Positions 40,315 through 52,300 of a stretch of DNA of 64,000 nt are shown here, piece after piece. Below the pieces are notes generated by a model. That model did not search any database and was not told the DNA's origin. It worked only from the letters and a program-made list of their open reading frames with translations. Position numbers and translations under genes: made by a program. Source of the DNA: Chrysemys picta bellii (taxonomy: Eukaryota). Where the stretch lies: assembly GCF_011386835.1 (NCBI RefSeq), contig NC_088806.1:1054001-1118000 (forward strand), written 5' to 3'. Numbering within the stretch: the stretch's first letter is position 1; each line of letters opens with the position of its first letter.

Positions 40315-41848
40315 GCGAGACACAAGGCATGCTGGGAAGAGGACAGAGCCGCCGCCGCCAAGGATTGTGGGAGGGGATGGCTACGTTGGCCACTGAGATT
40401 GGCCAACACTTTGGGAGGGAGGGGCAGGAGGGCGAAGGGGCATTAAATATTATGTAGAGAAGCGGAGAGCGAACTGTTCACTGGGAATAGGGGACCCAGG
40501 CAACCAGGAGAGCAGAGCAGGACATTCGCCCCTGGGGAGGGGAGATGGGACCCAGGCGTCCGGGAGAGCAGAGCAGGACGCTCGCCTCTGGGGAGGGGAG
40601 ATGGGACCCAGGCATCTGGGACGGCAGCGGAGGGTGCTCGCCTCTGGGGAGGGGAGATGGGACCCAGGCATCCGGGACGGCAGCGGAGGGTGCTTGCCTC
40701 TGGGGAGGGGAGATGGGACCCAGGCATCCGGGACGGCAGCGGAGGGTGCTCGCCTCTGGGGAGGGGAGATGGGACCCAGGCATCCGGGACGGCAGCGGAG
40801 GGCGCTCACCCCTGGGAAGGGGACATGGGAACCAGGTGTCCAGGAGAGCAGAGCAGGACGCTCGCCCCTGGAGAGGGGAGATGGGACCCAGGCATCCAGG
40901 AAAGCAGAGCAGGACGCTCGCCTCTGGGGAGGGGAGATGGGACCCAGGCATCCGGGACGGCAGCGGAGGGTGTTCGCCTCTGGGAGGGGAGATGGGACCC
41001 AGGCATCCGGGACGGCAGCGGAGGGTGTTCGCCTCTGGGGAGGGGAGATGGGACCCAGGCATCCGGGACGGCAGCGGAGGGCGCTCACCCCTGGGAAGGG
41101 GACATGGGAACCAGGCATCCGGGAGAGCAGAGCAGGGCGCTCATCCTAGGGGGACGGTGGGGAGGGGAGATGGGGCCCAGGTGTCCGGGACAGCAGCGCA
41201 GGGTGCTCGCCCCTGGGGAGGGGAGATGGGACCCAGGCATCCGGGATGGCAGCGCAGGGCACTCGCCCCTGGGGCGCCCCGGGGGAGTGGGGCGGGATCT
41301 CAGGGTGGTGGGAGCTGGGGCAGGGCGGGGGAGGGTATCCCTGGGGAGCTGGAACCCCGTGATGTCACAGTGGAATCTCGGGGCGCCCGGGGTATTTACC
41401 TTCAAATCAGCTGGAGGAAGCAGGTACGGGGGGGGAGCTGGGGAGATGGGGGGAGGGCTGGATTGGGTTATTATAGGGGGTGGGGGGCAGCAGTGGGGGG
41501 GGGGACGGGCAGATCTGGGGGTCCAGGGGGTTGGGGTCCAGGAATCTGGGAGGACTTTACTCAGGAGTGCCGGGGGGGGTGCTAGGATGGGGGTCAAGGA
41601 CAGGGATGCAGGAGGTGGGCTGGGGAACGGGGGGCTAGGGGGTGTCTCAGCCCCCCAGGAACGAATTCAGAACGGGGTACTGAGTTGGGGGGTAATGGGG
41701 GGGCGCAGGGTGGAGGTTTGGGGGCTCCGTGCTCTAACCGGCCACATCCCCCCAGGATGGAGTTCGTGACGGGGTACCGGGGTGGAGGTTTGGGGGTGCG
41801 GGGTGGAGGTTTGGGGGGCTCCCTGCTCTAACCCCCCCGCCCCCCAGG

Positions 41849-44800
41849 ATGGAGTTCGTGACAGGGTACCGGGCTGAGGTGCTGGACCTGGCCGAGTTGC
41901 TGCTCGCCTGGCACCGGTCCCAGGCCGGGGGGCCCCGGGACAGGCAGCACCAGCGGCGCCAGGAGGGGCACGTCCGGCGCCTGCCCCCCGACCCCGCCCT
42001 CTGGCTGCTGCACCTGCTGCCAACTCCCGGCTGGGGCTGGCGCTGCCGGGGGGGGTCCGGGGGGAGCCCCGGGGGCGGCTCTGCGGGGAGGACGCCCTGC
42101 AACTGCGGGACCTGCAGCGGGCGGTCACCTTCCTGAGCCTGGACGAGGAGGACGAGGGGCCAGAGACAGGTACCCCCCAGCCCCCCACCCCCCTCGGGGC
42201 TCCCCTGTCTGCCCCCTTTCCCCTGGCCCCCCATCCCGATGGGGCTCCCCCGTCTGCCCCCCTCCCCTGCCTGTCCCCGTGGGGCTCCCCTGCCTGCCCC
42301 TCTCTCCCCAGCCTCCTGTCCCACATGGGGCTCCCCCATCTGCCCCCTCCTCTGCCTGGGCCCCTCTCCCCAGCCCCCCGCCCCTCTCTGGGCTTCCCCG
42401 TCTGCCCCCCTCCCCTGCCTGCCCCTGCCTCCATCCCACCACCAGGCCCCCCATCCCCGTGGAGCTCCCCCGTCTGCCCCCTCCCCTGCCCCATCTGCCC
42501 CCCCGTTCCTGTGGGGTTTCCTGCCTGGCCCCCTATCCCCAACCCTGCCAGACACCCCCTATTCCCCAGGCACCCCCCTGCCCATCCCCCTATCTTCCCA
42601 CCCCTGCTGGGCCCCTCCCTATCCCCTGCCCCACACCCAGGGCTCTGAACCCCGCCCTCCGCCGGTCTCACCTCTGCCCCCCTCCCCCCAGGCCAGGCCC
42701 TGGTGCATGTGGAGCGCCTCCTGCTGGTTACAGACGAGCACGGCACGGTGATGGGCCTGGATTTCCAGCTGGGGGCCGGGGCCCCGCCCAAGCCGTCCAC
42801 ACCCCCCCCACTGGAGCAGCTGGCGTTCAGTCTGCTCTGCCAGAGCATGGCCTGTCCAATGGGCGGGGGGGAGCCCCGCCGGCCCCGGCTGCTGGCCGTG
42901 GGGGACCCCACCTTGCACAAGTGAGTGTGAGCGGGCGGGCGGCGGAGGGGTTGCGTGCCCATCCCCCACCTCACTGACCCCTCCCCCTTGCCTCTCCCCA
43001 CAGGTCACTGGAGCCCCTGCTGCCCCGGCTGGGGGTCAGACTGAGCCTGGGCCCCATGAGGGGCTGGGGGCCGAAACCCACCTTCACCTTGCCCTCCATG
43101 CGCGTGCGAGCCTGTCACGTGTGCAAGAGACATGGGTTCCACGGGCGGCTGGTGCCGTGGTGAGCGTGGGGTGGTGGTGGCGGGACCCTGTAGCTCCCCG
43201 GGGTGACCTTTGCCCGCCCCCCTGGCCTGTGCCCGGGCCAGGGTTTGAGGGGGCCGCGGGCTAGCTCTGAGCCCCCCTATCTGTCCCGTCCCCCCACAGC
43301 CAGCAGTGCCGGGCCGTGCTGTACTGCTCCGAGCGGTGCCGGGCGGCCGACTGGGCCCGCAGCCCCGAGGACGCGGCCCACCGGGCCTGGTGCCCCCGCA
43401 TGGCCGGGTACATGGCCCGCGCCCGCCAGCTGGCCGACCTGCCCTTCACCTTCGCCGCCGGTGAGCCCTGGGCAGGGGAACGTGGCGGGGGGGGCAGGGG
43501 GACGGGGCCGTAGTGCACTGGGGGTGGGGTGCAGGGGGACATGGGGGGCCCTGGGCAGGGGCAGCTCTGGGTGGGGGGGTTGCCAGGTGGGGGGCTGGGC
43601 AGGGAGAGGCCACTGGGGGGCACCAGGTGTTGTACTTAAAGTACTGCACAGGATCTTTTCCGGGGGAATAAGGCAGAACGCCACATTTATTAGTGATACA
43701 TGTATTCATTAACACTGTATCATACGCATATATTACACTTACACTCACACACAAACACAAACACACTCCGTCTTGTTGTTACCAACTAGCTGCTCCCCTT
43801 AACTTCACTGGCCAGGTGAGTTAGATGGGGGAGGGGGTGGAGCCGGGCTTCTGCCGATCCGGATCGATGCTCCCATGTTGACAAGACGAGACCCGGGGTC
43901 CTCTGCAAGACACCTCACTTTTATAGCAGCTTTTCTCTTATGCAAATCTAGACCAGATTCAAACTCTGTGTCTGTGTCCATTGGTCCTTTGTGCTGCTTT
44001 CTTTTGAGTGTTGTCCCAATGCTGCAAAGAGGGTGTTTCCAAAAGAAGGTGCTTGCTTCTAACCCCCCAGGCCGTCAGTATGTCTGATTGTCTTTCATGA
44101 GCCCACTTGACACGTTTTATTGTCCTTGGGTCTGGCTCCCAGCCCCTCTCCAACAGTTGAGGCTGTCTGGAGGTGCTGCCTTCCATGCCTTGCTCATCCA
44201 CACCTCATTCATTCAACAGGGCAATTGATTAAGAGTGGGGGGGGGGGGAGAGCTCTTGTTCTACTGCTAGCAAAAAGAAAATTTTCTTCTATCTTATTCT
44301 ATCCTTAGGGGCTATAATATTATACCAAGGGCAATGCAAAGTTTCTAAATGAGGCTTTGATACAAAGTCCCATGAAAACAGAGGTCACACGTGGGTAGAC
44401 CCACCACAAGGTTATATGAAGAGGCGCAATGTAAAGTCATATGAAAATTATCAGAGATTGATCTACACAGGCAGGGGGCACTGGGGCAGGGGAAGGGGGG
44501 CTCTCGGTGGGGGGGGCTGGGCAGGGAAGGGGGCACTGGGCAGGGGGTGCTGGGGCAGGGGGTGCTGGGGCAGGGGGGCTCTCGGTGGGGGGGCTGGGCA
44601 GGGAAGGGGGCACCAGGCAGGGGGCGCTGGGGCAGGGGAAAGGAAGGGGGCATGGGGCAGGAGGCATTGGGGCACGGGAAGGGGGGGCTCCGGGTGGGAA
44701 ATGTGGGGGTGCACAGAGCTGGGGTTTATCGGGGTGTCCCGGCCCCCCATTTCCCTTGCAGAGGTGACCAGCGACGGGTTCAACAGGGAGGGGTTCCTGG

Positions 44801-47800
44801 CCGCCCGGGGGCTGACGCGGGGGTACTGGGCCCACGAGAGCATGCTGGTCCGGGCCCCCGACTATGGCGTGGGGCTGGGGGGCCAGAAGGACTGGAGACC
44901 CGGCCTGCTGCAGAGCGGTGAGCATGGGGGGCCGGGGGCCTGTCCCCTCTGGGGGCGCCGGCTCCTGTCCCCACCATAACCCCACCTTTCCCTCCCTCCC
45001 GCCCAGGTAACCCCTTCGAAGCACTGAGGCTGGAGGGGGGGGCGGCTCTGCCCCCCACCTCCCCGGAGCCCCCTGCACCCAGGACCTATTTCAGTGAGAT
45101 GGGGGAGGGGCGGGTTATAGCTCGGGGGGGCGGGGCCTGGCAGCTGGGGGGAGGGGCCAATGGCAGCTGGGGGTGGTGCGGTCCCAGCTCTGGGGGAGGG
45201 GGAGGAGCCAGTCACAGCTCGTCGGGGGCGCTCCCATCGGGGGGGGGCCGGTCCAGGGGGGCCGGGGAGGAGGGGCCGGTCCCGGGGGGGGGCCGGTCCC
45301 ATGGGGAGGGGCCGGTCCCATGGGGGGGGGAAGGAGGGGTCGGTCCCGGGGGGGGGGGCGGTCCCGTGGGGAGGGGCCGGTCCCGGGGGGGGCTGACCCC
45401 CGTGTCCCCCCAGGCTCGTGGCGCGAGTACTACGCGTGGCGGGGGCTCCCGCTGGGCTCCCCCTGGCGGCGCTGCTCAGTTACCCCCTGAGCGTCTATTA
45501 CATCGTCACCCAGCTCGTCCCCCGGCACTGTGAGTGGGGGGCTCGGGGGGCGGGGGGGGTCGGCAGTGTGAGTGGGGGGGTACGGGGGGCGGGGGGGCCC
45601 GGGGGGCGGGGGGGGCCCCGGCACTGAGAGTGAGGGGAGTCCGGGGGGGCGGGGGGGGGTCGGCAGTGTGAGTGGGGGGGCACGGGGGGGGCGGGGGACC
45701 CCGGCACTGTGAGTTGGGGGGGGGCCCGGGGGGCGGGGGACCCCGGCACTGAGAGTGGGGGGGGGCCCGGGGGGCGGGGGACCCCGGCACTGTGAGTGGG
45801 AGGGATCCGGGGGGCGGGGGGGGTCGGCACTGAGAGTGGGGGGGGCCCGGGGGGCGGGGGGGCCCAGCACTGAGAGTGAGGGGAGTCCGGGGGGCGGGGG
45901 GGGTCGGCAGTGTGAGTGGGGGGGGGCCGGGGGGCGGGGGGGCCCGGCACTGAGAGTGAGGGGAGTCCGGGGGGCAGGGGGGTCGGCAGTGTGAGTGGGG
46001 GGGCACGGGGGGCGGGGGACCCCGGCACTGAGAGAGAGGGGAGTCCGGGGGGCGGGGGGGGGTCAGCAGTGTGAGTGGGGGGGCACAGGGGGCGGGGGAC
46101 CCGGCACTGAGAGAGAGGGGAGTCTGGGGGTCGGGGGGGGTCGGCAGTGTGAGTGGGGGGGTACGGGGGGCGAGGGACCCTGGCACTGTGAGTGGGAGGG
46201 ATCCGGGGGGCAGGGGGACCCCGGCACTGTGAGTGGGGCCCGGGGGGGCTGGGAGGCGGAGGTCACCGTCTGGGCAGGGGTGGGGGAGCCCCAGTCCTGG
46301 AAGGAGGGTCTGGGGACTGGGGGGGTCCCCTGCCCCCTTCTGACCCCCCCATTGCTCTGCCCCCCACCCCCAGTCCCGGAGCTGAACATCCTGAACAAAC
46401 AGTCGCTGCGGATTCACATCGTGGAGACAGGGAAGGAATCGGACATGGCCCCCCTCTTCTGGGTGCGCGGGGGTCGCCATAGGGCGCTGTGGGGCAGGGC
46501 TGGGCTCTGGTGGGTATGGGGGCAGGGGGCGCCGTGGGGCAGGGCTGGGCTCTGGTGGGTATGGGGGCGCCGTGGGGCAGGGCTGGGCTCTGGTGGGTAT
46601 GGGGGAGCAGGGGGTGCCGTGGGGCAGGGCTGTGCTCTGGTGGGTATGGGGGGGCAGGGAGCGCCGTGGGGCAGGGCTGGGCTCTGGTGGGTATGGGGGA
46701 GCAGGGGGTGCCGTGGGGCAGGGCTGGGCTCTGGTGGGTATGGGGAGCAGGGAGCGCCGTGGGGCAGGGCTGTGCTCTGGTGAGCATAGGGGGGCACCGT
46801 GGGGCTGTGTGGGGCTTGCCGTGCGCATGGGGGGGCAGTGGCAGACATCCCCCCTCGGAGGGCAGGTTCAGAGCAGGCCCCATCTGTGACCCCCCCCTCC
46901 CCTTTGGGCCACCAGGAGCTGTCGGTGCTGCTGCCCCACGTGTCGCTGGAGCTGCTGTTCGTGGGGGCGTGTTGCCCCCCGAGGCCGACGGGCAGCAGGT
47001 CCTGCTGCAGAGAACGGTGAGGGGGGGGCCATGGGGGCGGGAGGAGGGGGAGCCCCAAGCCTCAACCCCCCCATGGCTGATTCCCCCCGTCTCTCCCCCG
47101 CCCCCAGGAGGCACAGGGGGTGCGCATCTGGCCCGGCCCCGCCCCCAAGGCCAAGGGAGGTCGGGGGGGGCTGCAGCTGAAATTCTGCGCCCAGCCCACC
47201 CCCCTGCTGCCAGGCCCCAAACCCGACCTGGTCATCGGTGAGTCCTCCGGGGGGGCCCTGGCTGGGGGGGGGGGGAGTCTGGGGGGTGGGGCACAGGGGG
47301 GCAGGGCACAGGGAAGGGAGGGGTACCCTGGGATGCTGTTGGGGGGGGAGGGGCTCAGGCCAGGGAGGGGGACCCTGGGGGGCTGTTGGGGGGGAGGGGC
47401 CCAATCTGGGGGCCCTGGGGGGGCTGTGTGGCAGGGAGGGGAGAGGGGGCTTTCTAGGGGGGACACCCGGGAAACCCCAATGCATGGGGGTGGCACAGGC
47501 CGGGGTGGAGGAGGGCTGACAGTGAGGGGAGGGGTTCCTCGAGGGAGGAGGGGGGTTCCCCCGGGGGGTCTCCCCGTTTGTGGCAGACCCCTGAGGCCCC
47601 CCCCTGTTATTTCTCAGGGTTCAATTCCGGCTTTGCACTGAAGGACACGTGGCTCAGCGCCCTGCCCCGGCTGCAGGTGGGAGCCCCTGGCCCCCCCGGG
47701 TCCCCCCAAACCCTCCCTCCCCCACTGCACCCGGGCCCCCCTGTGCCCCCCAAACCCCCCCAACCGCCCCTCTGAACCCCCAACCTCCCGGCCCTCTGGT

Positions 47801-48967
47801 GGTCCCTGGCGACTCTGGCCCCAAATGCCCGGGTCCCCTCCCCGGCAGCTCCATCCCCGGACGCCTGGGTCCCCGGACGCCTGGCTCCCCGTGTCTCCGT
47901 CTCCTCCGCAGGCACTCCGGGTCCCGGCCTACTTCACGGAGTGCAGCGAGTACAGCTGCGCGGTGGACGAGGCCACGGTCTCCATGGCGACGGGGGGCAG
48001 CGCCGGACCGGCCCACGTCAACCCCTTCCGCTCGCCCTTCCGTCAGGCTGGCATCGACAACGCCATGCCCTGGTGGGTGCCGGGGGGTGGCGGGCATCGG
48101 GAGGGAAGGGGGCGGATGCTAAAATGACCTCTGACCCCAGTGGTGGCTGTAGGGTGACCTCTGACCCCCACCCTTGATGTGACCTCTGACCCCCTCAGTC
48201 ATTATTAACCTGACCTCTGACCCTGGTTGCGCTATGACCCCTTGTACGTCACAAGTGACCTATGACCCGCACACCCCCCCCCGTTAATCTGACCCCCCTC
48301 CAAAATTATCTCCATTCGGCTGAACTCTGACCCCTGGGCTGCCTCATCAATTGACCTCTCACCCATGCTTCATTCTGAATTTGAATGACCTCTGACCCCA
48401 GTAGTATGGCGGGGGGGCGTAATGCGTTAGAATGACCTCTGACCCCATGTTCTCATTAGAATGACCTCTGACTCTCCCAACACCAGTGACCCTTCCCTCG
48501 GCCTTGACAGAATGTCCTTTGACCCAGGTCATCCACCACCTGTGTGACCTCCGACCCCATGACATTGTCTCCCGTTCTTGTGACCTCTGACCCCAGCGTC
48601 ACTGTGCCCATTGCAATGACCTGTGACCTCAGCCCCTCTCCGTGACCTTTAACCCCCATAACATGACCTCTGACCTATTGACCCTCACCACTCTATTTTG
48701 ACTCTCCCTGACCTTCACCCACCCATGACCCCCGACCCCTGTTGCCTACCGTTACCATGACCTCTGACCCCTGTATCCTCCCCTCCCCCCAGGTACTCCA
48801 ACGCCTTCATCTTCCACCTGCTGTACAAAGGGGGCGCGGGGGGGGTACGGCAGCTCCCGGGGCCGGCCCCGCCCCCTGCCCCCAGCCCCACCCGTCAGGA
48901 GCCGGGCCCAGGCCGCGCTCGCCGGAAGGAGAAGCGGCAGAACCGCAGCGGCCGCCGGCGCAAATGA
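41849..48967 (+). CDS. ZMYND15: ZMYND15, full-length model (13 coding exons) with three 1-nt homopolymer frameshifts as assembled
   Basis: Exons 41849-42169, 42692-42920, 43004-43159, 43300-43460, 44762-44917, 45007-45093, 45414-45529, 46374-46462, 46916-47016, 47108-47237, 47618-47676, 47912-48072 and 48793-48967. Matches human PELNI.NKQSL.IH, GPKPDLVIGFNSGFALKDTWL, NPFRSPF, WY.NAFIFHL.YK and the basic tail. One base is missing at ~42020 (CC vs CCC), 45459-45463 (C5, needs C6) and 46963-46967 (G5, needs G6). AATAAA at 48998-49003. Confidence 0.92.
43628..44467 (-). mobile_element. Solo LTR in ZMYND15 intron 4, copy 2
   Basis: TG...CA termini, TSD CAGG; counterpart of 23422-24258. Confidence 0.75.
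45519..46245 (+). repeat. ZMYND15 intron 7 minisatellite built from the exon 7 donor (CCCCGGCACT|GTGAGTGGGG)
   Basis: At least 10 GTGAGT donor-like copies alternate with GAGAGT variants in G-rich units. Confidence 0.9.
46480..46805. repeat. ~40-bp minisatellite in ZMYND15 intron 8 (GTGGGGCAGGGCTGGGCTCTGGTGGGTATGGGGG)
   Basis: About 8 tandem units visible. Confidence 0.9.
48125..48771. promoter_or_regulatory. Cluster of about 15 DR1-type nuclear-receptor motifs (TGACCTCTGACCCC = GGGGTCAGAGGTCA) in the last ZMYND15 intron
   Basis: Exact TGACCTCTGACCC at 48125, 48155, 48180, 48211, 48386, 48433, 48581 and 48758; near-matches at 48256, 48321, 48352, 48462, 48545, 48617 and 48664. The motif is seen directly; function is inferred. 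Confidence 0.5.
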
Positions 48968-49378
48968 GGGGGGGGGGCGGCGAGGGGAGGGGGGACTAAT
49001 AAACCCACCCCGGCTAATGGAGCCTGCGCCTCATTACTGTCCCACTCGGGTCCCCCCCCCCGGCCCTGCCCCCCCCACCACCCGGCACTGACATCACCCC
49101 CCCACCCTCCCCAGCCGGGCCAACACCAGCTTCCCCACACACACACACACTTCAAGGCCGAGCCACGACTCTCCCCCTGGCACCGGGGGGGTGGTGACGT
49201 TTCATCCGCCCCAGCCCTTTGCCCGGCTTATCGCAGAGCAAACAGCCCAGGCCAGGGAGACGCGACTGGGAATCCTCCGGCTCCGGGCAGCGGCCCCCCC
49301 AAATCCTCCGGCTCCGGGCAGCGGGTGCCCCGATCTCCCCCCGGCTCCAGGCAGTGACGTCCCGCCCCTTCCCGAGCC

Positions 49379-52300
49379 ATGTGCACGGGGCGCTGCTCGC
49401 GGCTCGTGGGGCTGGCGCTGGTGCCCATGGCGCTGGGCTGCATCGTGGCCAACGTCCTGCTGATGTTCCCCAACGGGGAGACGGGCTGGACCGAGCACCT
49501 CACCCTGCAGGTCTGGCTGATGGGGGGCCTGGTCGGCGGGGGGCTCATGGTGAGTGGAGCAGCACGGGGGGAGGGGACCCTGAGCCAGAACGACCTCCCG
49601 CCCCACTCCCCCCGCCGGGCCTCAGCTTCGTGTGTCTGTCCTCCTGTCCCACCCAGCTCCCGCCCATCTCAGGGCTTTCTGTCTGTCCAGGCCGCTGGGT
49701 CCCCCCGTCTGTCCAACTGGCTATCCCTGCGCACACCTGGCCACGTGTCCCTCCGCACCTTGTCCCGCCATCTGTGTGCGCCTCTGTCCCGCATCCCCCT
49801 GTCTGTCTGTCCCTCTGTTCCGCGTCCCCCCATCTGTCCCTCTGTTCCACATCCCCCTGTCTGTCCGTCCCTCCGAGCCACGTCCCCCCATCTGTGTGCG
49901 CCTCTGTCCTGTGTCTCCCCATCTGTCCTGCATCCCCCTCATCTGTCCCTCTGTTCCGCATCTCCCCGTCTGTCTGTCCCTCCGAGCCACATTCCCCCCC
50001 ATCTGTCCCGCATCTCCCCATCCCTCTGCGCCCTGTCCCTCCGTCTGTCCCATGTCCCCCCATCTGCCCGTCCCTCCGCGCCTTGTCCCCATCTGTCCCT
50101 CTGTCCCGCATCTCCCCATCTGTCTGTCCCTCCGAGGCGCATCCCTTCATCTGTCCCATGTCTCCCGCATCTGCCCGTCCCTCCGTGCCTTGTCCCCCCG
50201 TCTGTGTGCGCCTCTGTCCCGCATCTCCCCATTTGTCTGTCCCTCCACACCTTGTCCCTCCATCTGTCCCATGTCCCCCCATCTGCCCTTCCCTCTGCGC
50301 CTTGTCCCTCCGTCTGTCCTGCATCCCCCCGTCTGTCTGTCCCTCTGCGCCGTGTCCCCGTGTCTGTCCCATGTCCCCCCATCTGCCCGTCCCTCCGAGC
50401 CACATCCCCACCATCTGTCTGCCCCTCCGAGCTGCGTCCCCCATCTGTCTGTCCCTCCCCGCATGTCATGTTCCCACCTCTTTGTCTGCCTGGCCCTCCA
50501 TCCGTGCGCACGTCCCCCCTGCCGACCCGGTCTCTCTGCCCCCCTCCCCCGGGTGCTGCCAGCATGTGGGGCGTGGGGGGAAAGGGGAGATGCGGTGATC
50601 GCCGGGGGTTGCTCCAGGGTACGCGTTGTTCGGCAGCCCTGTGTGCGACAGGGACGTGCGACCCGTGGGGAGAGACACGCTCATCGGATTCCCTCCCGGG
50701 GAGACCCGGGGCCGAGTCGCGGAGAAGCTCCAGCGGGAGCTTCGAGGACCGAACCTTGACTCCTTCGCCCGCCCCGCATTGGCCAAGCGACAGCCCCCAG
50801 CTGGCGGGTGAAGACATGAGGTGCTGGGGGCGTCCGGCACGCTCTCGGAGTTGCTCCTGGGACATTGGGTAAAGGCTGGGGCGTGGCACAGACCCTGTGA
50901 ATCGGTGACGGGGGTACGCATTGGACGAGGACCCAAAGACATCCCCACCCCCAGATACCTTGCGCGGAAACTTTGCTTGGGCTGGTTTCCGCTACAGGTC
51001 TGTATCCCACCGCTGCCACTAACAGCGTCCCGACCTGCCCCTTCCTGGGCACGGCCACCCCGGGGTCCGTAGCTCCGCCCAGCGACCTCTGTTCTCTTGA
51101 TCACTGGCCAGACACGTACCCGTCGGGCAAGTCCTTGTCACCGGTAATGACCCCCCGGCTGATGGGGTGTCCCGGATCCACGGGCTCGGCACTACAGCCC
51201 GGCTTTTAAACTGCCCCTTGGAGGGACCAGGCTGGGTCGGTCCCATTCTTCCTTCAGGGTCGGCCCAGGCAGCCTCACCGCCTCCACGGCCGAGTCTCCT
51301 GTCCCCAGCCCTCCGCATGCTCGACCTTGTGCGTCCCACCGAGCCAGACCCCTCTGCCGGGACCCACTGGGGTCCGATCCAGATTGCAGCAGGCTCCTGA
51401 GACACCACCCCCCGCCCCAGGATCTGGGCCCGGAGTGCTCGCTGCCCCAGATTTGTGTGTGGATGGAAGCGCCGGGGGCTAGGTCTCAAACCGGAGCCAG
51501 CGCTTGTGCCGTGTAGACATTCCCGGAGAGCTCCCCTCTTAACCCAGCCGCCTGGCCTTAGGTCCTCCGGCTCGGGGCCTTTCCTCATTTCCCTGCAGAG
51601 CAGTGGGGGATGGGGGAATCTCTTGGCGATAAGTGGCTTGGTGGGGTTCACTGCCCCTTGTCTCTTCTGGTGCCTCTGCTCCCCCCTTGGATGCTCAGGG
51701 CACAGCAAGGCAGAGCCCAGAGGGAAACTGAGGCACACTTAGGCCGCATAACAATTTCTCGCGCATTCCCACCCTCCTCACACATGGTCCCTTCCCCACA
51801 GGGAATCGTATTGATTGGGGGTGGGGCTGTGCGTGCTGGGGAGCATCCCGTGCCAGCGCTTCCCCCCACTGCTAGCTTCCTTTTTCGACCAAGTACACCC
51901 CGTTTGCCCTTTGCCCTGGCGCTGCCGATATCAGGCGGCTGATACCGGGGCCTTATCGGCCGATACCGGTGACACAGCCACTCGGGAGGGGCCTGGGGAA
52001 CTGCCTGACACCGGATGGGCCCGTGGGACTGATTGCGGGGGGCGGGGGGGGGGCTTAGGAGCTGCTGGTTTTGATCTGTGTCCCCCCCCCCCCCCATTTC
52101 AGGTTCTCTGCCCCGGGCTCTCGGCCATCCGCGCCGGGGGGAAGGGCTGCTGTGGAGTCGGATGCTGCGGGAACCGGTGCCGGGTACGGACCCTCCTTCC
52201 TGGGGCAGGTGGGCAGTTGGGGGGCAGTGTGGGGACTGTAAGGGATGAGGTGGGGGCAGTGGGGGAGCGGGGGGGCTGCTCTCTGCTCTCACAACCCCCC

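Larger units (their letters stand above)
25508..45213 (+). repeat. Second copy of the MED11 intron 1 to ZMYND15 intron 6 block (matches ~1900-25007)
   Basis: Colinear with copy 1 for every gene, repeat and TE. Begins in the MED11 intron 1 repeat, and the end of copy 1 (..GGAGCCAGTC at 25007) matches 45213. Confidence 0.97.

Noticed and set aside
49219-50889. Several 300-500-aa ORFs on both strands in TM4SF5 intron 1
   Set aside because: Translations of the C/T-rich degenerate repeat; only the first 57 codons from 49379 are TM4SF5.
51915-51975. Short cluster of GATACC/GATATC/TATCGG motifs with partial dyad symmetry
   Set aside because: Too short and imperfect to distinguish from chance without computation.
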